From: Macrostomum lignano
Lineage: Eukaryota
Reading direction: 5' to 3'
Length of the DNA: 64,000 bases
Assembly (NCBI GenBank): GCA_002269645.1
Contig: NIVC01001301.1
Span: forward strand, 25,954 to 89,953
The notes beneath the pieces were generated by a model. That model saw nothing but the letters and a program-made list of their open reading frames with translations. It ran no database searches and was not told where the DNA came from. Both the position numbers and the translations under genes were made by a program. The number at the start of each line of letters is the position of its first letter. Positions within the stretch are counted from its first letter, which is position 1. Below are positions 1-11,619 of this stretch, one piece after another.

Positions 1-191
1 CAAAGCAACACGAACGCCAACCGTCTCTTGTCCCTCTTCTCCTTCTTGAAAGCTGAGCAACAGTCGTTCTCAAACTTGAAGTAACTTTTTGGCAAAGTTG
101 AATGCAAACTTGGTCGTAGGAATATAAGTCAGAACATATTTTACTTAATTTTTTTCACTTGCTTAGTTCATCATCAAAAACTCTTTTTCAG

Positions 192-3100
192 CACATCGTC
201 GAAGGGACTCGCTAGACAATCGGGTGCCAGAAGACTGGGATATTTACGGACATCCGCGATCCAGTCTGCTGCAGCCGGGCCAGCACCAGGAAGCTGGAGA
301 GCAGGCGGGTCGACAGCACAGCGTCTGCTTCTCGCCTATGGTGGCTTCGGTGCGACAGAATGTGACGGAGAAGGTTGCCCAGGTGAGGAAAGACTTCGAA
401 TCGAGTTTTGAGAAACTGCAAGATGCTGATACTTAGTTTGAAAAGCAAATGGTTTCGGGAGAACTTCACGCTTAGGCTGAAGTTTGAGTGAAGGTTTCCG
501 TTAATGCATGCGCGTAGCCAGAGTTTTTTTTATTTGGGAGCTTTAGCACCAGGGACTTTAGCACCAGGGGCTTTAGCACCAGGGACTTTAGCACCAGGGG
601 CTTTAGCACCAGGGACTTTAGCACCAGGGGCGCCAGCACCAGGGGCGCCAGCACCAGGGGCGCCTGCACAAGGGGCGCCAGCACCAGTGGCGCCTGCACC
701 AGGGCCGCAGAAGCTGCTGTAAATGGGCGCCTATTCAGCTGACATGGAGTTCGTGGAGCATATTGGAGCCCCTCCCTAGCCCCCCCCCCTTGGCAACGGT
801 TCTTTGTGAATGATTCGGTAATGCAAAAATCGACAAAAATGACTTAAGAATGGTTGGGTGAATACTGGAAGGTTTTACGCTTGGTGCAGTATTTGGCTAA
901 GGATTGATATGGTAGCTCAAAAGTACGGGCTTCCGGATTTTGATTGAGGATAGATGACGAGTTAAACGTGAATATTTTAATGAAGATTCCTTTATTATTA
1001 GGCTAAGGATGGAAAGCTGTTTGAGGTTTCAAAGGATTAAGTAAAAGTCTATCTGGACGAAATGCTAAACTTCGCCAAATTCTACCGCCATTTCAGTATG
1101 ATAACACGCTGGATGTAGGTGCCTACTTGGTAGTAGCATATAACAGTCTCTTAATGTCGGAAAGTTCAGTCTGGTTTTATTTGTTGTTTGTTTATTTTCT
1201 TTCGTTCCTTCAACCGAGAAATTCGTTTTTAGAACTGATCTGCTTGAGTTTTTACGAAAACTAACCACTATATTAACAAATAGGAGTGTTTCAAAAGTAA
1301 CAAGTATTCTGTCATAACTTTTGAATAGATAAAACTGGAAAGTTTCATCAGAAATTTAGCAAATAATGGACAAATTGTTAATTGTAGTTGAGTCTAGGTT
1401 TGACCATTTGAATTCGGCTCATATTTATTAAGAGACGTATCGGTGCCAGGTTTGTCCATCCAACTCTGAAATCGTATATTCTGTGACTGGATATGTATCA
1501 AATGGCATTCGGCATACACCTCTCTAGCCATCCAAAAGTGAGCCAAAAACCTATTCAAAAGTTATGAAAGAATTCTCGTCACTTATGAAACACTACATGT
1601 GACATTGTGTATCTTAATCCCTTTGGTGTATCTTTTGTATCGTAAAACTTCCTTTGTCTGTTTATATATAAGCCTATTACTTAAAAAAAACCTTATTTTT
1701 CAGCTTTTATATATTCGGATAAAATACTTACCTTAAAATTCTACTATTTATTAAGCTAACAGTTTAGCTTAATTTGACCTAAGTAAAGTCGCTTGACCTT
1801 TTAAAGTTTTGACCAAACTCATTCCTGTTGTTGGTTCTACCACAACTGCTTCCGGTACCGGTGACTGCTGATTTACCATTCTATACAGAATCGATATCTT
1901 TCGATGTATTGTACTCGTAGATGCTGACATTTGGAACCGAACTGCCACCGGAGAGCAAGATGCAGTCACCGGAGGGGCATCGGTGCATCATACTGCACTA
2001 TTCGCCATTCAAGTCGGTGTGGGACTGGTTCATCCTGGTGTTGGTCATCTACACCTCAATTTCCACGCCTTACGTGGCGGCATTTCTGTTGGACAATAAT
2101 CAGAAGCGAAAATTGGTATGCATGCATGAGGATTAAATTTGGGTCTTTGGTTCATTTGCGAAGACTTGATTGTGTTAGGTGTACAATGTATGTAGCGTAG
2201 ATCGAAAGCGTAGTGTTGGTTGATGCTTAGATCGTGTTGGTTGATGCTTATATTATGTTTATTGATGCTTAGATCATGTTGGTTGATGCTTAGATCGTGA
2301 TGGTTGATGCTTAGATCGTGTTGGTTGATGCTTAGATCGTGTTGGTTGATGCTTAGATTATGTTTATTGATGCTTAGATCATGTTGGTTGATGCTTAGAT
2401 CGTGATGGTTGATGCTTAGATCGTGTTGGTTGATGCTTAGATTATGTTTATTGATGCTTAGATCATGTTGGTTGATGCTTAGATCGTGTTGGTTGATGCT
2501 TAGATCGTGTTGGTTGATGCTTAGATCGTGTTGGTTGATGCTTAGATCGTGTTGGTTGATGCTTAGATCGTGTTGGTTGATGCTTAGATCGTGTTATTGG
2601 TGATTCGATTGTGTTGGTTGATGCTTAGATCGTGTTGGTTGATGCTCAAATCGTGTTATTGGTGCTTAGATCGTGTTATTGGTGCTTCGATCGTGTTGGT
2701 TGATGCTTAGATCGTGTTGGTTGATGCTTAGATCGTGTTATTGGTGCTTAGATCGTGTTATTGGTGCTTCGATCGTGTTGGTTGATGCTTAGATCGTGTT
2801 GGTTGATGCTCAAATCGTGTTATTGGTGCTTAGATCGTGTTATTGGTGCTTCGATCGTGTTGGTTGATGCTTAGATCGTGTTGGTTGATGCTCAAATCGT
2901 GTTATTGGTGCTTAGATCGTGTTATTGGTGCTTAGATCGTGTTATTGGTGCTTCGATCGTGTTGGTTGATGCTTCGATCGTGATAGTCGATGCTCAAATC
3001 GTGTTATTGGTGCTTCGATCGTGTTGGTTGATGCTTAGATCGTGTTGGTTGATGCTTAGATCGTGTTGGTTGATGCTTAGATCGTGTTGGTTGTTGCTTA

Positions 3101-6100
3101 GGTCATGTTGGGTGATGCTATACATAATACATGTTATCCGTGCCATTTAATTCATGTACATGTATGGTATGTTTCTGCTCATTTTAGGGCTTTATAGATG
3201 AATTTTAAAGTGCAATGGCTAATACATGTATTGTGAGCATCATCATCAACTTTACAAAAATGACTCGCAAATTTACTTTCCAAACAATCCACCGTGGCAT
3301 TTACAGAGGCAGCAGTACGAACTGAACATCGACCCAGTGACAGGCATTGACATCATCATTGACATCATGTTTATCATTGATATAATAATCAATTTTCGCA
3401 CCACGTACGTTAACAAAAATGATGAGGTGGTCACGCACCCGGGCCGGATTGCGGTGCACTATTTTAAAGGCTGGTTTCTTATCGACGTCGTATCGGCAAT
3501 TCCTTTCGACCTACTGCTCTGGGGCGCCGAGACAGAAGAGGTTTGTGACTCAGCTTTTCTTTGCCCTGGCTGATTTTATTTGGTTTCAAGTCAAGCTTAA
3601 AAGTTAGCTGGTAGCTGTGGATCAAATGAGGCTTAGATTTATGGTGGGCTTGCTCACACGTCCATCAAATTGGACTCATCTCATTGTGATCCAACGATCT
3701 GTAAAGAACTTCTCCCATTGCTTTGCATATCACTCATGCGATTTGATAATTAAATTGATGGCTAGGATAACTAAGACAGGTAATGTATTTATGTAGGCTA
3801 AGTTACGGTCAGTAAGCTATGGTCAGTAAGCTACGGTCAGTAAGCTATGGTCAGTAAGCTACGGTCAGTAAGCTATGGTCAGTAAGCTATGGTCAGTAAG
3901 CTACGGTCAGTAAGCTACGGTCAGTAAGCTACGGTCAGTAAGCTATGGTCAGTAAGCTACGGTCAGTAAGCTACGGTCAGTAAGCTACGGTCAGTAAGCT
4001 ACGGTCAGTAAGCTACGGTCAGTAAGCTACGGTCAGTAAGCTACGGTCAGTAAGCTATGGTCAGTAAGCTATGGTCAGTAAGCTACGGTCAGTAAGCTAT
4101 GGTCAGTAAGCTACGGTCAGTAAGCTATGGTCAGTAAGCTACGGTCAGTAAGCTACGGTCAGTAAGCTACGGTCAGTAAGCTACGGTCAGTAAGCTACGG
4201 TCAATAAGCTACGGTCAGTAAGCTACGGTCAGTAAGCTACGGTCAGTAAGCTACGGTCAGTAAGCTACGGTCAGTAAGCTACGGTCAGTAAGCTACGGTC
4301 AGTAAGCTACGGTCAGTAAGCTACGGTCAGTAAGCTATGGTCAGTAAGCTATGGTCAGTAAGCTACGGTCAGTAAGCTACGGTCAGTAAGCTACGGTCAG
4401 TAAGCTACGGTCAGTAAGCTACGGTCAGTAAGCTACGGTCAGTAAGCTATGGTCAGTAAGCTATGGTCAGTAAGCTACGGTCAGTAAGCTACGGTCAGTA
4501 AGCTACGGTCAGTAAGCTACGGTCAGTAAGCTACGGTCAGTAAGCTTCAACCGAACATGAAACAATTTCAGCCAGTAACTCTAATCGGACTGCTCAAAAC
4601 TGCTCGACTGCTTCGATTGGTTCGAGTAGCTCGAAAGCTGGGCAAGTACTCTGAGTACGGTGCTGCCGTTCTCATGTTGCTAATGGCCACCTTTGCCCTG
4701 ATTGCTCATTGGCTGGCCTGCGTCTGGTACGCGATTGGCAATCTGGAGAGACCAATTTTGCCGCAGCCGATCGGATGGCTGGACCAGCTGGCGGATCAGG
4801 CGAGTAGGGACCTGGGATGGGTGATTCAAGGACGGAGGTAGTTGGTAGTCTGGATATGGGAAGGGGTGTAGAAATGGAGTGGGTTGTCTAGACTTTAGTA
4901 GTTGGTTTGTCTACAAATGGAGTTTTTGGTCTAAAATGGTAGCAAAATGTAGATTGGCACCTCGAAAGACCTTTCTTGAAGTCCTTTTATCAATTTGTAC
5001 TGTTGTTATTTTGCTCAAGAAGACACATTTTCTCACATTTTCCTTATGTTCTCTAAATGCTCGATCGTCTCAATTCCAGACTGAGCAGCACTACAAAAGA
5101 AACGACTCACTATCGGGACCATCGATCAAGTCAAAGTACATCACGGCGCTGTACTTCACCTTCTCAAGCCTGACCTCGGTGGGTTTTGGCAATGTAGCCC
5201 CAACAACCAATATGGAGAAAGTGTTCAGCATCTGCGTGATGCTCATCGGCAGCCTGATGTACGCCAGCATCTTCGGCAACGTCTCCGCCATCATCCAGAG
5301 GCTGTACAGCGGCACCGCGCGCTACCACACCCAGATGCTGCGGGTCCGAGAGTTCATCCGCTTCCACCAGATCCCCAACCCGCTCCGCCAGCGCCTAGAA
5401 GAGTACTTCCAGCACGCCTGGTCCTACACCAACGGCATAGACATGAACCTGGTGCTCAAGGGCTTCCCCGAGTGCCTGCAGGCCGACATCTGCCTGCACC
5501 TGAACCGCAACCTGCTGAGAAACTGCCCGGCGTTCAAGGAGGCCAGCCCCGGCTGCCTGCGAACCCTTTCGATGAAGTTCAAGTCCACCCATGTGCCACC
5601 TGGGGACATCCTGGTGCATCGAGGGGATATTCTCAGTGCGCTGTACTTTGTGGCCAGGTGAGAACTGAGGTGTCAAGGTGGGAAAGAGAGAGTGGAGAAG
5701 CTACTGTCTGGTCAGCTTCAAGGTTGAAAGAATTCCATTAATACGAGCAAAAGTACACTCAAATTTAAAATGATCGAAGGATCGAACCAGCCCTTTAGGC
5801 CTATTTCAATGTCCTGAGAAGATTCCTGACAACAACAACAAAGTACGCGGCCCGCATGCAACGTCACAGTTAGAGCAGGGCGCGTCAGATGGCGCAAGGT
5901 GAGCAGCAGGACGTCCTGAACAGGTTGGGGGCAGTAGCCCTCGGCCCGGATCACGTGGCCCGCCAGTTGAAGTCGCCGCCGGCGCAGGATGGTGGGCGGG
6001 CGCTGCAGCTTGGCCCGATTGTACAGGGCCTCGGTCCCGACGCTCTCGTCAGCTCGAAATGCCGCACGGCGCAGCCCTGAGTGCGCCGAGTCCAGCTGCC

Positions 6101-8193
6101 GCTCCAGCGTAGCCGTCAGCGTCCACGTCTCGGCCTAGTAGAGCAGGACGGTTTCGACGATTCCTAAGTTCTTGGCTCATAGCTAGGCAATAGTACATGT
6201 ATAAGCCAATTGCTGAAACTTGGCAGATAAGCGTAGATAACTGCTATTAAAAACTACTAATGGATACAGTCGGTTTTGGGACTCATGGCTACAACTGAAC
6301 CCGAAATTTACCTGGCCACATTAGGATTCGAACCTGGGCCCTTCAGCACTCAAGGACAACACGATAACGCGCCAAGCTACACCAACACCCCCCCCTAACG
6401 CACCAACAGAGGCAGCATAGAAATCCTGAAAGAGGACACGGTTCTGGCCATCCTAGGCAAGGACGACACATTCGGAGAGATTCCCTGCGTCCACGAGACG
6501 GTGGGCAAGTCAAAGTGCAATGTCCGCGCCTTGACCTACTGCGATCTGCACAAGATTCAACGCGACGACCTGCTGGAAACGCTCGAGATGTATCCGGGAT
6601 TCTCGGAATACTTCGTGAAAAATCTAGAGATTACATTCGACCTCAGAGACGAAGAGCTGTCGTTTAATGTGCCGCTGATATCGAGAGGTATCCCTTCAGT
6701 TTGCTGCTTAGCTCAATCTCCCTCCGTAGATTTAAAGTAAACTATCACTCTGGAGTGTTACAGTGGTCACTTGGGAGCTTCGAATCTCTCCCTCTTGAGT
6801 CATAATCAACTTTCGAATGTCTCGCTTTCGGGAAATCGAACTGCGATTCGAACTTCACAGCTGTCTCACTTAAGTCTCACTTTGTCAATTTTGAATCTCA
6901 ACCGATCCGCAGATCACTCGGTAGATCACTCGGCAGTTTCCGGGCAAGCGGCCTCTCAGTCCCACCATCAGCCGCATCATCAGCACCAGCTCGATCGCAG
7001 CTCCTCACGCAGTTCGTCGCGCAAATCAAACCCGCAATCGCCCGTCGTTGGCGGTAAATCGTCCGCGACGCCTCGTCTCCATCGCAACCGACTGGGCGTG
7101 CCCGACTCAACCGGCGCAGGCCCGCAGCATCACGGAGGCGGCGGCTCCCGGCATCGAAGCTGGACGGAGTCGCAGCCCGCGGGAGCCGCCGCCCTGACCG
7201 CCCCTACCACCAACGCCGCGGCCGCCGCCGCCTCCGCCGTCGCGGCCTTCGTCTCCGGAGCCGGAATTCTCGAATTCTCGCCCGACAAAGCCGGGCGCGA
7301 CGTGACGCCGGCGAATTTCGATTTTAGCGACGCGCAAAATTCTGGCGGATTCGCGCAGCGGGCGGTCAGCACCTTGCAGCAGGTGTTCGGGCAGGTAAGT
7401 GCCCAAGTGAAAGCTATTTTGTTAAAGTGCCCTAAAAGGAAAGAAAGTTTAAAAGTATGACCTAAACTGAAATAATTTTAACGCACACAGACGTGGCCTC
7501 CGCCTACTTATCAAGATTACCCTCACAACGATTGTCTCAACCAGGTACAATCTCTTCTGTCATTCCGTCCTAATGAACCGACCTAGAAGAACGCGAAATA
7601 TTAACCCTACCTAGATAAGCCCATCCACTGAGATGCTCCTCCTAGATGACCCAATCCCAACACTGCAGGTGCATCATCAGCAACTGCAGAGCAACGGCGG
7701 AGGCGAGGCGGGGCACAGCGGCATCTGCAGCGACGCGGCGACGGACGCGACCGGCGCTGCTGCTGCCGCAGGCGCCGCGGACCCCAACGGTGGCGCACTT
7801 GGCGCAGCTTCTGGTGGCCTGGGCGCCTCCGGCAGGTCGCAACATTTCTCAACCGAGGGCCGCTCGGGCAGCCTGATCAGTCAGGAGACTCAGGCAACGG
7901 TGGTGTCGGGTTCGGGCTTGGCACCACCAGGCGGCGGTGGTGGCAGCAGCTGTTGCTCTGCCGGCTGCCTGGACGCGCTGACCAGCCGGGTGCAGCAGCT
8001 GGAGAGCCACCTGACTCTGCTGGAGGTCAAGCTGGAGACCGATATGACTACAATACTGCGGGTGCTGCAGACTAAAGCAGCTAGGGGTGAGCTAAGCATG
8101 GGAACCGGCGCCGGTGATGCTGCCAAGGATGCTGACGGAGACGATTCCGATGGTGACCTGTCGCAAGCTGACGACCGTCAAGAAAGTCGGTGA
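192..8193 (+). CDS. KCNH2: ERG/KCNH2-family voltage-gated potassium channel (5'-partial; PAS region lies upstream of the window). Predicted exons 192-382, 1921-2115, 3307-3540, 4572-4799, 5080-5657, 6410-6687, 6913-7394, (7491-7544 optional), 7669-8193
   Basis: Translations give ERG hallmarks: NVTEKVAQ|[18 protein letters not shown] (S1), [16 protein letters not shown] (S4), TSVGFGNV pore filter, [14 protein letters not shown]-linker and cNBD ([26 protein letters not shown]). Splice sites and phases are mutually consistent along the chain. The symbol denotes the subfamily; exact orthology was not tested. C-terminal exon borders are less certain. Confidence 0.93.
506..800. repeat. 15-bp tandem repeat (CTTTAGCACCAGGGR / CGCCAGCACCAGGGG, 540-715) inside a probable degenerate MITE
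   Basis: Units visible directly. Ends GCGCGTAGCCAG (left) and CTTGGCAACGG (right) are imperfect inverted repeats; no TSD found. Confidence 0.6.
2203..3115. repeat. 21-bp minisatellite (GATGCTTAGATCGTGTTGGTT and variants) in KCNH intron
   Basis: Tandem units seen directly, with a second variant ATCGTGTTATTGGTGCTT in the 3' half. Confidence 0.95.
3797..4546. repeat. 14-bp minisatellite (AGTAAGCTAYGGTC), about 53 copies, in KCNH intron
   Basis: Near-perfect tandem units seen directly. Confidence 0.97.
5893..6159 (-). mobile_element. Truncated RTE-type non-LTR retrotransposon fragment (region C-terminal to RT), antisense in KCNH intron
   Basis: Minus strand reads [33 protein letters not shown]...[15 protein letters not shown], matching the LLYGxETWT...RRLxxAGHVxR pattern of RTE-clade ORFs. 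One in-frame stop. Confidence 0.75.
6314..6386 (-). pseudogene. Degenerate tRNA-like sequence (tRNA pseudogene or tRNA-derived SINE head)
   Basis: 73 nt on the minus strand with A-box-like TGGTGTAGCTTGG and B-box GGTTCGAATCC at tRNA spacing. Acceptor and T stems do not pair well. Confidence 0.5.
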
Positions 8194-9624
8194 CAACAAC
8201 CTGTAGCCGAACCGGTCCCTAGGCCGACTTGCTCCTCCCTCTACTCAACGTGCTTGACTGGCTAACTCGCCGTCACAACTATACTACGAGACTAAGAATA
8301 TTCCACTAAAACATTCGGAACACTCGGAACGCTCTTCCGTTCGTCAGTACGGAAAAGGAGATAGTTGAACTTCTGCGTGTCTGAATGTGTACGAATGTGA
8401 CCCACATTAGCCACTGATATGCGGGAATAGGAGAAAGATTTTTGTCCAAAAGTTATAAGAGCCTGACGTTACGCTCATGTTTATGCTCACACAGCACAAA
8501 AACAAAATGACAGCTGAAATGCATTTGTAACGCATCAAAAGCGACAATAATGAAATTATAACAAATACATAACAAATACATATATATCTATCGGTCAAAA
8601 ACAGGTCTTAAAATTTATCTATAGATATACATAGAAGATACTAGTGCGTACGAAACTAATGTGATAAACGTCCTGCTTAAAGCCTCATCTCTTACTAACG
8701 TACATTTATCAAAGTACTTTCACATGGTAAACTGTGTTATCGTGATTATATAGTAAAAAAATATAATATTTAATAATCATCGATAAACGACTCATTTAAT
8801 CGACATCTTTAATCGAAACCTGTTCCAAACCTGTTCCTAAAACCGATCTTTTACAAAAAAGGCAAAATTGCTCATCAATCGTAATAAATATTGTTTTATT
8901 AGTACAAGAATCGTTTTACATATATCGATCACAGTGAAGTAACAGCTTAAGTATCATATCACACATAGGTCACGGTCACGTACGACTGACTCGACAAGTT
9001 ACTAAAAAATAAGGATAAAGTCTTGAATTATTTCATTAAATATACAAAAGTGTCAAAATCTTACAAAGAATTGTTCTTAAAGTTCAATGTTCTTGAGCAC
9101 TACTTTGAACGTGCCCTCGTTATCAAAAATAGTGAAAGTAAAAATAACATTTTATGTTATAAAGTTTAAAAATTAATGATTGTACACAATTTGTTAAGAA
9201 AAATTACGAAAATCTTTATCACATTTATTAGAAAGAGTTGAAAATAATTACTTGGTACAAAGTTTATTTTAGACTCGGCAAAATGTTTTGCTTTAGCGAT
9301 CAAAAATGATCGACACCAAAAATGCTTTCAATTTGCCTTTTATAAACTTTTATACTTAAGTGCCTGAAGCCGCTTTCTTAAGTTTTGATTAAGAATATTA
9401 ATACTATACCTGCGCACTATCATAAACTTTTATACGATTTAAACTTCTATAAGATTAAGATTTTAATACTAATTAGCGACGTGATCAAATATATAATGAA
9501 CACTAAAACAGAACTGAGATTCTCATGTTGGTTGTGATGTTATTTTTATCCGGCGTTTTTATTCAGTAAATTTGGTATTATTATATATTTTTTACTTTCA
9601 GAAGTCGCGTTATTAATAACTTTT

Positions 9625-9862
<238 letters not shown>

Positions 9863-9943
9863 CACCACACCAGTGATAGTGTTGTTTAAATGTAATCAGC
9901 TTCTATGTCATTATTTTTAAGGACTGAGGTTCGTCGTCGACCG

Positions 9944-10540
9944 TCACGTGGACTCAAGGCCTGAGATGGTCGGCGGTAGGGACCTGTCAAATTCGCGGTC
10001 TGTCTGGTCCATCCGGGACCGGCCACCTAGCAGCTTGCCCGGTTGTAGCCGCCCTAGTGGCACGGTCTGTCTTAGCTGGTCGCCCGGCGTCGCCCCCGTG
10101 GCAACCGTGAGCGCTCGGTTCGCTGCGACGTGAAGCTGTCGGCGGGTAAGTTGCAGCGGTAGCCGGTCCATCTCGTCTAGCGGCCCGTCCATCGACGCCC
10201 TGTCCTGAGGCTATCGCTACTCATGCCGCATCAATAGCCGTTCCACTCGGGACATCGACCGCCGGTCTAACAGGACCGTGGTTCACCGGCCGGCTAGCTA
10301 CATTTTAGCGGGTGGTCGCTTACCCAGCTACGGTTGGGCCGTCTCAGCTTCCGGCTCGCCGTCAGCCATCACTTTGTGCAGGTGGTTGAAGTCGTGCGCT
10401 GAAAAGTTAGCAAGCTGCTTGCGGAGCTGCCTCAGCTCTGCCCCTAGCCCGGTCTGGCCGTCGCCCACCATCTCGCGCATCGGAGCGAACTACTCGACCG
10501 CCCGGTCGACGAGCAACCGGAGGAGCATTCGGTAAGCGCT
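9944..10540 (-). pseudogene. GC-rich decayed reading frame of unknown family
   Basis: ORFs 10490-10693 and 9944-10192 are in the same frame. The bridge reads protein-like (FAPMREMVGDGQTGLGAELRQLRKQLANFSAHDFNHLHKV) with six in-frame stops. It is a GC island in AT-rich surroundings. Confidence 0.4.
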
Positions 10541-11619
10541 TACCTTTAGACACATCCCCAAAGCCGAGCCTTCTCCGCAAATAAACGGGTTCAGGTTTAA
10601 GAGACCTATCATACTTACTTCGATGACGACGAGTAAAAATGTCCGACGACTTTCGAGTAAAGATATAAAAGATGTATTCGCGCGGCGCGACACAACAGTT
10701 GTTCATGGGACCTCTGACTCTCCACTGTCTCACCCCCCATCTCTCTGTCTTCTGTCTCGCTTGTCTCTCTTCTTCGACACGCTGACTTACCCTCTGTTTT
10801 GTGCCGATCAATTAGTCTTTTATCCTTGCCGCTCCGCTCCGCGTCAGTCATCGGTCGATTTTCCGGTAAGTTCACATGCTCGCATGTGAATAAAAATGCG
10901 TGCATGAGCGGAAAATGAGCTCGCTGCATAGTGACATCGATATAGTATGCGTCGCAAAAATACGTGCAAAAAAGCGGCCGAAACCAGCTAATCGCAATTA
11001 AACTGATTAATATAGCAACGGATACCCTTAAGCGATACCTAATACCCTCATGAGCTTGCCTCGTTGGTGCATATTCTGGCGACTGTCTACGTACATCTGT
11101 CGATGCGAGTAAAAAGTTGAGTGCGAACTAGGATTTTATGTCTCTAATTTTCCATGAAAACTAATTTAAAATTAAAAATTTCATTCATGCCTACTAGCTG
11201 TAACAAGTACCGCGAAAAGAAATTATATGTGCCAATAAAACACGAACTCAAATAATTTTTGAAAGTTACAAGTTAAATTATTACCAAATATACCAAATAT
11301 ACCAAATATACCAAACACCAAATTTTTATGCTGCTATAATACCCCTTTATTCAAAAGTAAATAGTTATTCACCGTTACTCGTACGCGTACGAGCCCCGTA
11401 TTATTTGGATTGGATTAATTGAAATCCAAGTTCACAGCTGCTACAAACGCATTTGTAAGCATTTATGGGTGAGCATTACACTGCAGTGCAAAGTTAGTAA
11501 AATTAATTACATTTTTCGGGAAAACGTTTACGGAAACTAATAGTAATTGCTGATATTATACTTTGCAACTGTTGGGGTCTGAAGACATTGCTTGTTTTGC
11601 ACATTGTTGTTGTGTTTGC

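Noticed and set aside
1-80. Possible preceding KCNH exon (open in frame 1, AA|GTAACT)
   Set aside because: It ends in phase 2, whereas exon 192-382 needs phase 1; cannot be supported.
6314-6386. Functional tRNA gene
   Set aside because: The acceptor stem does not pair and the T stem has mismatches; kept only as a remnant.
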